A DNA stretch of 64,000 nucleotides from Candidatus Geohabitans tengchongensis. GTDB taxonomy: Bacteria > Sysuimicrobiota > Sysuimicrobiia > Sysuimicrobiales > Humicultoraceae. Shown here in pieces: positions 1-11,444 of the stretch. The first letter of the stretch is position 1, and every line of letters begins with the position of its first letter. The notes beneath the pieces are model-generated. The model was not told where the DNA came from. It made no database searches and was given only the letters and a program-made list of their open reading frames with translations. The position numbers were made by a program, and so were the translations under genes. Where the stretch lies: positions 26,786 to 90,785 of the forward strand of contig JAVKIH010000004.1 of assembly GCA_031459625.1 (NCBI GenBank), written 5' to 3'.

Positions 1-48
1 TCGCCCCAGTGCGCCACCGTGCTGTTGGTGTGCGCGGCGACACTGCCC

Positions 49-78
49 TTGACGGTGTCTTTCTACCCTCCGTACACT
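49..78 (+). promoter_or_regulatory. sigma70-type promoter of the met operon
   Basis: TTGACG (49-54), 18 nt, TACACT (73-78), directly ahead of the T-box leader. Confidence 0.75.
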
Positions 79-88
79 ACCTTGGCAA

Positions 89-352
89 CGCGAGGAGGAA
101 GCGGGAGTAGCCCTGTCCGGGGTCAGGGAGCGAGCCGGGAGGGTGCGAGCCGGCGGCGGAGGGCGGGGTGAACATGGCTTCCGAGCAGGCGACCTGAAGA
201 TCCTTCGGCCCGCGCCGGGGGGGCGGTAGGGTCGCCCGGGTGCCTCCGTGATCGGGTCAGGGCACTCCGCGCGTAGTGCGGACGTGCCCACGAGGCGCCG
301 GACCGCGAGGCCGGCGCGGAGGCGGTGGTACCGCGAGAGACCCTCTCGCCCG
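89..352 (+). ncRNA. T-box riboswitch, Met (AUG) specifier
   Basis: Stem I base GGAAGC (97-102) pairs with GCTTCC (177-182); AGTA/GAA loop elements; GGGAG and GGTGCGA distal motifs; ATG at 174-176; stem II GGCGACC/GGTCGCC; T-box GCGGTGGTACCGCG (322-335); downstream genes are Met synthase and metG. Confidence 0.9.
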
Positions 353-375
353 TGCGGCGGGAGGGTTGTTGTCTT
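341..375 (+). terminator. T-box attenuator terminator
   Basis: CCCTCTCGCC/GGCGGGAGGG hairpin then TTGTTGTCTT; overlaps the antiterminator 3' strand. Confidence 0.8.
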
Positions 376-397
376 CTGCGCGTGAGGAGGCGAAGCT

Positions 398-1357
398 GTG
401 GCGACGGCACACCTGGTGGGGATCTTCCCGAGGTCGGAAGAGCTCGTGGCGGCCACGCGGGCCTACGAACGGGGCCGGTACGACGAGGCGGCCCTCGACC
501 GCCTCTTCGCCGAGGAGGCCCGACGCGTGGTGGCCCTCCAGGTGGACGCGGGGCTCGACTACGTCACCGACGGCCTGCTGCGCTGGCAGGACCTGCTGCG
601 CCCGCTCAGCGAGGGTGTCGACGGGATGCACCCCGGGCCGGTGACGCGCTGGTTCGACAACAACACCTTCTACCGCCGTCCCGTCATCGGCGGCTGGCTC
701 CCCCCCATGGGGGAGGTGGTCCTGCGCTACGTCGACCGCGACGCGCTGGCGGGGCACCGGTGGAAGGCCATCCTGCCCGCGCCGTGGACCTTCGCCATGC
801 TGGCCGAGGACCACTACTACGCCGACGAGGAGGCCCTGCTGCTCGACGTGGCCGACATGATCCGCTCGGCGGCGGTGGCCCTGGTGGAGGCCGGGTGCGC
901 CTACGTGCAGTTCTCCGACCCCGTCCTGGTGGCCAGGCCGCGGGAGGGCGCGGTGGACCGCGCCGGCCGCGCGCTGGCCCGCGTCGTGGAGGGGCTGGGC
1001 GTGCGCACGGCCGTGCACACCTGCTTCGGTGACGTGGCTCCCGTGCTGCCGGCGCTGCTGGAGTGGCCGGTGGACGAGGTGGGCTTCGACCTCTTCGCCG
1101 CCACCATGGACCGGCTGGAGGGCCGCGCCGGCAGCAAGACGGTGCTCGTGGGGGCGCTCGATGGACGCAACTCGCTGCTGGAAGACCCGGTGCGCACTGC
1201 CGAGACGGTGCAGCGGGTGGCCGACCGGCTGGGGGCGGAGCGCGTCGGCGTGGTGCCGAGCTGCGACCTGGAGTTCCTGCCCTGGCCGGTGGCGGCGGAG
1301 AAGGTGCGCCGGCTGGGCGAGGTGAAGCGGCGGCTGGCGCCGGTGCCGGTCGCGTAG
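398..1357 (+). CDS. Cobalamin-independent methionine synthase, N-terminal-half-like subunit (split MetE)
   Basis: G-x-FPR start, Q-x2-AGLD-x2-TDG, WFDNNTFYRRP, KAILPAPWT, PSCDL; SD GAGGAGG; GTG start. Confidence 0.8.
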   Translation: MATAHLVGIFPRSEELVAATRAYERGRYDEAALDRLFAEEARRVVALQVDAGLDYVTDGLLRWQDLLRPLSEGVDGMHPGPVTRWFDNNTFYRRPVIGGWLPPMGEVVLRYVDRDALAGHRWKAILPAPWTFAMLAEDHYYADEEALLLDVADMIRSAAVALVEAGCAYVQFSDPVLVARPREGAVDRAGRALARVVEGLGVRTAVHTCFGDVAPVLPALLEWPVDEVGFDLFAATMDRLEGRAGSKTVLVGALDGRNSLLEDPVRTAETVQRVADRLGAERVGVVPSCDLEFLPWPVAAEKVRRLGEVKRRLAPVPVA

Positions 1358-1363
1358 GGGGCG

Positions 1364-2491
1364 ATGACCGTGGCCAAGCTCTTCCCCACACAAGAGATCG
1401 GCAGCCTGGCCAAGCCGGCCTGGCTGGTCAAGGGGGTGCGCGGGGAACGGCCCGCCCCGGAAGACCTGGCCGAGCTCGACCGGTGGGCAGCGCGCCTGTC
1501 CATCGCCGGGACGGAGGAGCTGCGCGCGCTGCTGACCGCCGGGGGGGAGCGCAGCGAGGCGGACCGGGAGCGCATCCGCGACTGGGGGGCGCTCTTCGCC
1601 ATCCGCTTCCTCGAGGCGGCGGGGCTGGACGTGGTCTACGACGGTGAGGCCCGGCGGGTGGAGATGTACGAGTACCCTGTGCGGCGCATCGACGGCTTCC
1701 GTTTCTACGGGCACGTACGCTCCTTCGACAACCGCTACTATCGCAAGGCGGCGGTGGTGGACCGGGTGCGGTTGCGCGAGCCCTTCCACGTGGACGAGCT
1801 ACGCTTCGTCCGGCAGCATGCCCGCCGCCCGGTGAAGATCCCCATCACCGGCCCCTACACGCTGGCGGACTGGTCGTTCAACGAGTACTACCTGCAGCAG
1901 CTGCAGGACATCCCGGACCTACGGGCGCGCAACTACGAGGCCAAGCGGCGCTTCACCCTCGACCTGGCCCGCGAGGTCATCCGCCCCACGCTGCTGGCCC
2001 TCGAGGCGGCGGGGGCGACGTGGATCCAGATCGACGAGCCGGCGGCGGCGACCCACCCGGAGGAGGTCCCGATCCTGGTGGAGGCCTTCAACGCCGCCGT
2101 GGACGGCGTGCGTGCCAAGAAGTCGATCCACATCTGCTACAGCGACTACCGCCTCCTCTACCCGCACCTGCTGGACATGACGGTGGACCACCTGGCCCTG
2201 GAGTTCAAGAACACGGGGGACTACGACATCGTCCAGCTCTTCAAGACCTTCGGCGACCGGCGGGAGATCGGGCTGGGCGTGGTGGACGTGCACAGCGACG
2301 TCATCGAGACGCCCGAGGAGATCCGTGACAAGGTGCTCCAGGCCGCGCGCACCCTGGAGGCGCCCGAGCGCATCTGGGTGAACCCGGACTGCGGCCTGCG
2401 CACGCGCACGTGGGACGTGGCCTTCACCAAGCTGCAGCACATGGTAGCGGGCGCAGAGCTGGCCCGGCAGGCGGTGGGCGCCGCCGCGTGA
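1364..2491 (+). CDS. metE: Cobalamin-independent methionine synthase, catalytic half (split MetE)
   Basis: EIGS, DGEARR, ITGPYT, IQIDEP; zinc ligands HIC, LE and NPDCGLRT. Confidence 0.85.
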   Translation: MTVAKLFPTQEIGSLAKPAWLVKGVRGERPAPEDLAELDRWAARLSIAGTEELRALLTAGGERSEADRERIRDWGALFAIRFLEAAGLDVVYDGEARRVEMYEYPVRRIDGFRFYGHVRSFDNRYYRKAAVVDRVRLREPFHVDELRFVRQHARRPVKIPITGPYTLADWSFNEYYLQQLQDIPDLRARNYEAKRRFTLDLAREVIRPTLLALEAAGATWIQIDEPAAATHPEEVPILVEAFNAAVDGVRAKKSIHICYSDYRLLYPHLLDMTVDHLALEFKNTGDYDIVQLFKTFGDRREIGLGVVDVHSDVIETPEEIRDKVLQAARTLEAPERIWVNPDCGLRTRTWDVAFTKLQHMVAGAELARQAVGAAA

Positions 2492-2496
2492 GGACG

Positions 2497-3104
2497 ATGG
2501 GGGCGGAGCTCCCTCCCGCGGTGGTGGAGGCGTTCGGCGACCCCCCGACGCTGACCACGGTGCGTCTGGTGCTGCGCCGCTTCCGCCCCGAGGACGCGGA
2601 GGACATCTTCGCCTACGCCTCGGACCCCCAGATGACCACCTGGGTGCCGTGGGAGGCGCACCGCTCGCTGGAGGACAGCCGGGCCTTCGTCGAGCGGGTG
2701 CTGCAGAAGTACCGGGAGCGGCAGGAGGCGGAGTGGGTGATCACGCTGCGGCCCGGCGGACGGGTGATCGGCACGATCCGCTTGGGCCAGTACCACCCCG
2801 TGCACCGCCGGGCCGACCTCGGGTACGCGGTGGGCAGGGCGTGGTGGGGCCAGGGCTACGCCACCGAGGCGGCGCGTGCCGTGGTGGCCTTCGGCTTCAC
2901 CCGGCTCGACCTGAACCGCATCTGGGCCATCTGCGACCTCGGCAACGTGGCCTCGGAGCGCGTGATGCAGAAGGCGGGGATGCGCTTCGAGGGGATCCTG
3001 CGCGAGCACATGTACGAGAAGGGAGAGTTCCGGGACGTGAAGCTCTACGCGATCCTGCGCCGTGACTGGCGGCCCGACATCGGTTCGCCCGCCCCGACGG
3101 GCGC

Positions 3105-3108
<4 letters not shown>
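2497..3108 (+). CDS. RimJ/RimL-family GNAT acetyltransferase
   Basis: RLVLRR, ADLGY, WGQGYATEA, NVASERVMQKAGMRFEG; alternative GTG start at 2488. Confidence 0.85.
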
Positions 3109-5075
<1,967 letters not shown>

Positions 5076-5122
5076 AGGTTTGGGGCCTCGCACCGGTCAC
5101 GCTCGGGCCCCAACCGCGTGCC

Positions 5123-6089
5123 TCACCCTGACCAGGCTTGCGCCAGCCTGATCTCCTCCGTGCGCCGTTCGTAACCTCTGGACGGCGGCAGTCCGGCTTG
5201 CAGGTGCCAGCGCACCGTCTCGGTGACCCAGCGGTCGATGGGCGTCCAGGGCAGGTCCAGGTCGTGCTGGATGGCGGCGATGTCGAGGAGGAACTGTCGG
5301 GCGAAGGTGGGCCGATACCAGGGCGCCGCATCGCGGAGCCTGGGCTCGGGCACCGTCACGACCGGATCCGGTCGGTCGAGCGCGGCCGCCACCAGGCGGA
5401 CGAAATCCTCCAGGGCCACCACCTCCGGCATGGCGACGTTGTAGGTCGCCTTGCGCGCACGCGGATGGCCGGCGGCGGCGACCACGGCGCGGGCAACGTC
5501 GCCGCTGTAGGCCTGCCGCCAGACTACCGCCGGGTAGCGCTGTGGGACGAGCACCGGGCCTCCGTCCGCCACGCGCTGGATCCAGAACCAGCCGCGCAGC
5601 GTGGGATCGTGCGGCCCCTGGATGATGAGCGGGCGGAAGACCGTGTACGGGACACCCGCCTGAGCGCCCAGGACCTGCTCGCAGGCTCGCTTCCCTTCCG
5701 CCATAGGGGAGATCACCGCGCAGCGCCAGGTTGGCGTCTCCCTCAGCCAGCGGGCGGAAGGTCGCCGGCGGCTCGAGGTCGGGGTAGACCGCCCCGCTGC
5801 TCATGAGGACGTAGTGGCCGATCCCGCCCCGCAGCACGCTCAAGACTGTCTCGACGTGAGTTCCCTCGAAGGCGACCATGTCGACGACCACGTCGAAGGT
5901 GCGGCCGCGCAGGCGGGCGCCCAGCTCGCCGGGGATGGTCCGGTCCGCGGCCAGGTGCTCGATGCGGGGCCAGAACGGCGGACGACGCCGGCCCCGGCTG
6001 AGCACGGTCACATGGTCGCCGCGGTCGAGGAACAGCTCGACGATCCGCCGACCGACGAAGGTCGTGCCGCCGATGACCAGGGTCCGCAT
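5123..6089 (-). pseudogene. NAD-dependent epimerase/dehydratase family gene with a +1 frameshift (or assembly error)
   Basis: MRTLVIGGTTFVG Rossmann start; frame switches near 5700 inside the YxxxK motif; second frame continues EGKRACE...FRP...GPHD. Confidence 0.8.
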
Positions 6090-6129
6090 GGCGGAGAACA
6101 TCGCCTTTGATGATAGGATGAAACGGGTC

Positions 6130-6909
6130 ATGGAGCTCGTCGACACGCACGCCCACCTGGACGACGAGGCCTTCGCCGCCGACCTGGACGACGTCGTCGC
6201 CCGCGCGGCCGCGGCCGGGGTGAGCCTCATCGTCACCGTCGGGACCGACCCGGAGTCGTCTGCGCAGGCCGTGGCCCTGGCCCGTCGCCATCCGCAGGTG
6301 CGGGCGGCCGTGGGCATCCATCCGCATGAGGCCGGCCGGCACGCCCCCGATGCGGTGGCCGGCCTGCAGGACGTCCTCCGGTTCCCCGAGGTGGTGGCGG
6401 TGGGCGAGACCGGACTGGACCACTACCGGGACTATGCGCCGCGGGCCGCCCAGGCGGCCCTCTTCCGAGCGCACCTGGCGCTGGCTGCGGAGACCGGACA
6501 TCCGGTGATCGTCCACTGCCGCGAGGCGCACGGCGCGGTCCTCGGGGTTCTGGCCGAGTATCCCGGCCTCTGCGTGGTGATGCACGCCTTCTCGGGGTCC
6601 CTCGAGGTGGCGCGGGAGTGCCTGCGCCGCGGCTACTACCTCTCCTTCGCCGGACCGGTGACCTTCCCGAACGCCCGGGGGCTGCTGGACGTGGCCCGGT
6701 TGGTACCGCGCGATCGGCTGCTGCTGGAGACCGATGCCCCCTACCTCACCCCCCACCCGCACCGGGGACATCGCAACGAGCCGGCCTTCGTGCGGCTGGT
6801 CGTGGAGCGGCTGGCCGCGCTCCGTGGAGAGGCGGTGGAGCGGCTGGCCGAGGCGGTGCTGACCAACGCGCGCAGGGTGTTCGGTGGCGTGGCGGTGACG
6901 GCACCGTGA
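6130..6909 (+). CDS. tatD: TatD family deoxyribonuclease
   Basis: DTHAHL, GIHPH, GETGLD, HCREA, HAFSG, LLETDAPYL. Confidence 0.95.
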   Translation: MELVDTHAHLDDEAFAADLDDVVARAAAAGVSLIVTVGTDPESSAQAVALARRHPQVRAAVGIHPHEAGRHAPDAVAGLQDVLRFPEVVAVGETGLDHYRDYAPRAAQAALFRAHLALAAETGHPVIVHCREAHGAVLGVLAEYPGLCVVMHAFSGSLEVARECLRRGYYLSFAGPVTFPNARGLLDVARLVPRDRLLLETDAPYLTPHPHRGHRNEPAFVRLVVERLAALRGEAVERLAEAVLTNARRVFGGVAVTAP

Positions 6910-8051
6910 AGCTGCACGCATCCACCGCCACTGCCGCCCGCGCCGGCGTCCGCCCGGTCGGGGCATCTCCATGCGTCGGTCGGTCCGTTCCGGTGGTGCT
7001 GGTCCTCGTCCTTGCGCTGGCGGCCGGCGCAGGTGCCGCCGTCCCCCCGCCATCCCCGCAGGAGGTGCAGGTCGGCCAGCAGGCGGCCCGGGAGATCGAG
7101 AGCCGCTACCGGGTCGTCCCCGCGGGCCCGGCCGTCGAGCGGGTGCGCCGGGTGGGGCAGGCCGTCGCCGCCGCGGCCGACCGGCCGGGCGTGACCTACC
7201 TCTTTAAGGTCATCGAGCTCGATGTCCCCAACGCCGTGGCGCTGCCGGGCGGCTTCGTCTACGTGACGACGGCGATGCTGGCCTTGGTCCGCAGCGACCA
7301 CGAGCTGGCCGCCGTCCTGGCCCACGAGATCGCCCACGTGGCCCACGGGCACTGGATGGAGCTCTCCCGCCGACAGAACCGGACCGCCCTGCTCACCCTC
7401 ATCCTGGCCGCCCTCACGCGCGACGCCGCGGTGGCCCAGGGGATGCACCTGGCCAGCCTCGGGATCCTGGCCCACTACACGCGCGAGATGGAGCGCGACG
7501 CCGACCTCACCGCCATCACCTACCTACAGCGCACCCCCTATACCCCCGTCGCCGTCCTCACGCTCATGGAGCGCATCGCCCGCCTGGAGCAGTACCGGGC
7601 CAGCGTGGACCCCGGCGCCTTCGCCGACCACCCCACCAGCGCCGAGCGCGTCGCCTACATCGAGGCGGAGCTGCGCCGCCGCGGGATCCCCATCGTGCGC
7701 CGCCTCAGCGCCAACTACCTGCGCCTGGCGGTGCGCGAGACCGACGGCGCGGCGGAACTGCTGGTGAACGAGACGGTGATCGTCCGCCTGCCCGACGCCG
7801 AGCGGGTGCGGGAGGCGGCCCGCCGCCTCGACCCGCTCTTCAACGCCGACCTCCAGCCCTACGAGGTGGGGGTGCGGGAGGACGGGAGCGGCGCCTGGGC
7901 CGTGACCGCCCGGGGGCGTCCGGTGCTGGTCCTGACACCGCAGGACGCCGTCCGCGCCGGCACCAGCGCCCGCGACCTGGCCTCGCAGGTCCAGAGCCGG
8001 CTGCGCGAGGTCATCGCCGCCGACATCCGCTGGCGGAAGCTCAACGGGTGA
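6906..8051 (+). CDS. Secreted M48 family metallopeptidase (start uncertain)
   Basis: signal-like hydrophobic stretch, NAVALPGG, HEIAH, EREAD-like ERDAD, DHP. Confidence 0.85.
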   Translation: MKLHASTATAARAGVRPVGASPCVGRSVPVVLVLVLALAAGAGAAVPPPSPQEVQVGQQAAREIESRYRVVPAGPAVERVRRVGQAVAAAADRPGVTYLFKVIELDVPNAVALPGGFVYVTTAMLALVRSDHELAAVLAHEIAHVAHGHWMELSRRQNRTALLTLILAALTRDAAVAQGMHLASLGILAHYTREMERDADLTAITYLQRTPYTPVAVLTLMERIARLEQYRASVDPGAFADHPTSAERVAYIEAELRRRGIPIVRRLSANYLRLAVRETDGAAELLVNETVIVRLPDAERVREAARRLDPLFNADLQPYEVGVREDGSGAWAVTARGRPVLVLTPQDAVRAGTSARDLASQVQSRLREVIAADIRWRKLNG

Positions 8052-8770
8052 GCCGCCGCGTCCACGTCGCCTACACACCGCGCGAGCTCGACGGGCCCAT
8101 GGACGTGGCCATCGTCGTGGACGTCATCCGGGCCAGCACCACCATCGTCACGCTGGTGGAGCGCGGCTGCCGTCCGCTGCTGCTGTCCGCGACCGTCCAC
8201 CGGGCGCGCCAGGCTCGCGCCGCCGCCCCCGACCTCCTGCTGATCGGCGAGCAGGGCGCGCTGCCGCCGGAGGGCTTCGACCTGGGCAACTCTCCCGTGG
8301 AGGTGGCCCGCGCCGCGGTGGCGGGACGCGGCGCGGCGCTGGTCACGACGAACGGGGTTCCGGCCATCCACGCCGCGGCGCAGGCGGGCACGGTGCTGGT
8401 GGGGTGCCTGCGCAACGCCCGGGCCGTGGCGGAGGCGGCGTGGGCGGCCGCGCCGGAGGGCGGGGAGATCGTCATCGTCTGCGCCGGCCGCGCCGAGAAC
8501 CCGGGGGGCTTCGGGCTGGACGACGCCTACGGCGCCGGGGTGCTGGTCGGGCGCCTCCAGGGGCTCGGGGCGACGACGCTCACCGACGCCGCCGAGGCCG
8601 CGCGCCTGCTCACCGTGGCCGAGCCTGACCCGCTGGCGCTGTTCCGCCGTTCGGCGGCGGGGCGCAACGTCACCCGGCTCGGCCTGGCCGACGACGTCGT
8701 CTTCTGCGCCGAGGTCGACCGGACGACGGTTGTGCCGCGGGTGGGGGTGGACCTGGTCCTGCTCTCCTGA
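8048..8770 (+). CDS. comB: 2-phosphosulfolactate phosphatase family protein
   Basis: VDVIRASTTI, FDLGNSP, TTNG, CLRNA, CAG. Confidence 0.9.
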   Translation: MSRRVHVAYTPRELDGPMDVAIVVDVIRASTTIVTLVERGCRPLLLSATVHRARQARAAAPDLLLIGEQGALPPEGFDLGNSPVEVARAAVAGRGAALVTTNGVPAIHAAAQAGTVLVGCLRNARAVAEAAWAAAPEGGEIVIVCAGRAENPGGFGLDDAYGAGVLVGRLQGLGATTLTDAAEAARLLTVAEPDPLALFRRSAAGRNVTRLGLADDVVFCAEVDRTTVVPRVGVDLVLLS

Positions 8771-8848
8771 CTGCCGGCGGCACGGGCGAGCGCGTGACGG
8801 GTGCGCCTGCCGCAGGGCCTCGAGGCCCGGGTCGTGGGGAGGCACAGG

Positions 8849-9910
8849 ATGCGCTGGCTCGGGATCCTGGCGTTCGTCACCATCCTGCCGCTCACGTCTG
8901 CGGTGCTCCGTCCTGCTGCGGCGGTGCCCACCCTGGGCGCCGGGTTCACCATCCGGGTGACCGGCGACATCGTCATCCCCGGGGGCACCACGATGGTCGG
9001 CACGGTCGTCACGCTCAACGGCAACATCACGGTGGACGGGCGGCTGGAGGGGGATGCCGTCACACTGAACGGCGACATCGGTGTACGCGGCGAGGTCACC
9101 GGATCGGTCCGCACCCTGAACGGCTCGGTGACCGTGTACGGCACCGGCGGGGTGGGCGGCGACGCCACCGCCTTCAACGGCGTGGTGACGGTCCTGCCGG
9201 GCGGCCACGTGGCAGGACAGGTGCGGCGTGGTGTCTTCCACCCCGCCACCCCGACGCCGTCCCCTGGGGTCATGCCGCCTCCGGGAGTGACGCCACCCGC
9301 CCTTCCACCGGCCCCACCGCCGGTGGCCACCCCCGCGCCCCCGCCGCCAGCGGCTGTGCCGCCGCCCTTCGACACGTACCGGGAGGAGTGGTGGCGGCCG
9401 CTGCAGGTCCTCTTCTTCGTCTTCAAGCTCTCGGTCCTGGTGGTGCTGGGAGGCCTCGGGGTCTTGCTGGTGGGGCTGCTTCCCGACACCTTCGTGCGTC
9501 TGGCCGAGACCCTCCAGGCCTGGCCGCTGCACACCCTGCTCGCCGGCGTCGGGTGGTGGGTGGCGCTGGCGGCGGGGGCGGTGGTGCTGGCGGTGAGCCT
9601 GGTGGGCATCCCGCTGCTCTTCCTGCTGCCAGCGCTCGTGGGGGCACTCTCGCTGGTCGGCTACGCCACCGTGGCCTTCTGGGTGGGACGGCGGTTGCAG
9701 ACGGGGGCGCCGCGTCCGCTGCGTCAGGCGGCCATGGGGGCGGTGGTGGTCGGGCTCGTGGCGCTGATGCCGGTGGTGGGGAACGTGGTACTGGGGCTGA
9801 CGCTCACGTGGGGGATCGGCACGGTCCTGGCGGCGGTCTACCGGGCGGTGCGGCGACCGCCGCCGGCACCCACTGCGCCGGCCCCTTCGCCGCCGCAGCC
9901 GATGGTATAA
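8849..9910 (+). CDS. Membrane protein with beta-helix (bactofilin-like) repeats, Pro-rich linker and C-terminal TM helices
   Basis: four (T/A)(L/F)NG-x-(I/V)-x-V repeats, Pro-rich spacer, about 5 hydrophobic helices; SD GGGAGG. Confidence 0.7.
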   Translation: MRWLGILAFVTILPLTSAVLRPAAAVPTLGAGFTIRVTGDIVIPGGTTMVGTVVTLNGNITVDGRLEGDAVTLNGDIGVRGEVTGSVRTLNGSVTVYGTGGVGGDATAFNGVVTVLPGGHVAGQVRRGVFHPATPTPSPGVMPPPGVTPPALPPAPPPVATPAPPPPAAVPPPFDTYREEWWRPLQVLFFVFKLSVLVVLGGLGVLLVGLLPDTFVRLAETLQAWPLHTLLAGVGWWVALAAGAVVLAVSLVGIPLLFLLPALVGALSLVGYATVAFWVGRRLQTGAPRPLRQAAMGAVVVGLVALMPVVGNVVLGLTLTWGIGTVLAAVYRAVRRPPPAPTAPAPSPPQPMV

Positions 9911-9911
9911 T
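9903..9911 (+). promoter_or_regulatory. extended -10 promoter for tRNA-Arg
   Basis: TGGTATAAT 12 nt before the tRNA. Confidence 0.7.
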
Positions 9912-9923
9912 GAACCTGCCTAC

Positions 9924-9999
9924 GCGCCCGTAGCTCAGCGGAGAGAGCGTTGGCCTCCGGAGCCAAAGGTCGGGGGTTCAAATCCCTCCGGGCGCGCCA
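9924..9999 (+). tRNA. tRNA-Arg(CCG)
   Basis: acceptor GCGCCCG/CGGGCGC, TAGCTCAG, anticodon arm TTGGC-CTCCGGA-GCCAA, GGTTCAAATCC, encoded CCA. Confidence 0.97.
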
Positions 10000-10020
10000 C
10001 CTGGCGAGACTCCCCGCTGT

Positions 10021-10680
10021 TCAACCCGCTCGCGCTGCGGCCAGGAGCTCCCGCGCCCGCCGCACCACGTTGACGATGTGCTCGGGCGACGGGGGTTCGC
10101 CGGCGCGGCCGAAGATCGACCCCCCCAGGGCCACGCCCACCGCCCCGGCGCGCACCATGGGAGCGATGCGATCCAGCGTCATGTTGCCCACCGCCACCGC
10201 CCTGAGCTGCGGGTACGGCCCCAGCAGCGCCCGCAGGTAGTCGGGCCCCAGCAGGCCGGCCGGGAAGAGCTTCTGGAGGTCGATGCCCGAGCGCAGCGCC
10301 AGCCCCACCTCCGTCGGCGTCGTCACGCCCGGCAGGTAGAGCGCATCAGCTCGTCGCGCCTCCTCAGCCACATCGGGAAACCACCCGGGGGAGACGAGGT
10401 ACTGCGCGCCGGCCTGCAGGGCCCGCTGCGCCTCCTCGACGGTGACGATGGTGCCCGCCCCCACCCGCAGGTGGGGCGCATAGGTCTCGCTGAGCCAGCC
10501 CAGCAGGTCGAAGGCGCCCCGTTCCACCGTGACCTCGACGAAGCGGACCCCGGCGCGGAGGAGCGCATCGACGATGGTCGCCACGCCGCCCCGGTCGAAA
10601 CCCCGCAGGATGGCCAGCAGCCCGTCGGCCAGCAGTTCCTCCCGCAGCACGGCCGCCGTCGGCCGGTCCGCTCCGGTCAG
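10021..10680 (-). CDS. KDPG/KHG-type class I aldolase (start CTG 10680 or GTG 10650)
   Basis: AILRG, VEVT, GAGTI, LVSPG, PGVTTPTE, Schiff-base KLFPA. Confidence 0.85.
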   Translation of the reverse strand: MTGADRPTAAVLREELLADGLLAILRGFDRGGVATIVDALLRAGVRFVEVTVERGAFDLLGWLSETYAPHLRVGAGTIVTVEEAQRALQAGAQYLVSPGWFPDVAEEARRADALYLPGVTTPTEVGLALRSGIDLQKLFPAGLLGPDYLRALLGPYPQLRAVAVGNMTLDRIAPMVRAGAVGVALGGSIFGRAGEPPSPEHIVNVVRRARELLAAARAG

Positions 10681-11444
10681 CGGGGCGCCTCCTCGGGCAC
10701 GATGCCGTGACGCCGGAGGAAACTGGTCCACGCGTCGGCCACGGCGTCGACGATCTGCTGGAGCCATCGCTCGCCCTTCTCCCGGCTGGCCCGGGTGGCG
10801 TCGCCGAACACCCCTGTCTGTGCCAGATCCCCCATGCTGGTGACCGTCTTCCCATAGTCGGGGGGAATCGGAGGGTAGTCGCGGACCGCCCGATCCAGGT
10901 GGACCAGGTCCGGGCGCACCGCAAGCATCAAGGAGGTCTCGACCTCCTCGGCGTGTAGCTCGTACGCCCCCAGCCAGAGCGGGCTCTCCGCTTCCTGGAC
11001 CGCCTGCCCCCACCCCAGGCAGGTGCCGTAGAGGACGGCCACGCGGGAGCTGTCGGCCAGGTCGCGCACGACGTACTTCAGCGGCGCCTGGTTCGCGCCG
11101 TGCCCGCTCAGGATGAGCATGGCCCGCACCCCCCCGCGCTCCAGACTCCGAACGATATCCTCGATCAGCCGGGCGAAGGTGGCGGTGCCGATCCAGGGCG
11201 AGCCGGGGAAGGTCCGCCAGACCCAGGAGTAGGTGATGGGCAGAGCCGGCAGCAGGTACCCCGCTGTGCGCTCGGCCACGCGGCGGCAGATCGCCTCCGC
11301 CAGGATCGTGTCGGTGGCCTGCGGCAGGTGCGGTCCGTGCTGCTCGGTGGCGCCCAGCGGGAGGATGGCCGCCGGCACGCGCGCCAGGTAGGCTCGGGCC
11401 TCCTCCCAGGTGGCGGTGGCGGCGTCGAGGAAGCGCGGCGTCAT
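10677..11444 (-). CDS. Creatininase-family amidohydrolase
   Basis: PLGATEQHGPHLPQATD, GHGAN, HAEEVETS, GVFGD. Confidence 0.9.
   Translation of the reverse strand: MTPRFLDAATATWEEARAYLARVPAAILPLGATEQHGPHLPQATDTILAEAICRRVAERTAGYLLPALPITYSWVWRTFPGSPWIGTATFARLIEDIVRSLERGGVRAMLILSGHGANQAPLKYVVRDLADSSRVAVLYGTCLGWGQAVQEAESPLWLGAYELHAEEVETSLMLAVRPDLVHLDRAVRDYPPIPPDYGKTVTSMGDLAQTGVFGDATRASREKGERWLQQIVDAVADAWTSFLRRHGIVPEEAPR

Noticed and set aside
5690..5710. Programmed ribosomal frameshift
   Set aside because: No slippery heptamer or homopolymer at the shift site
8048..8770. Coenzyme M biosynthesis
   Set aside because: comB homologues are widespread alone; no comA or other pathway genes in the window
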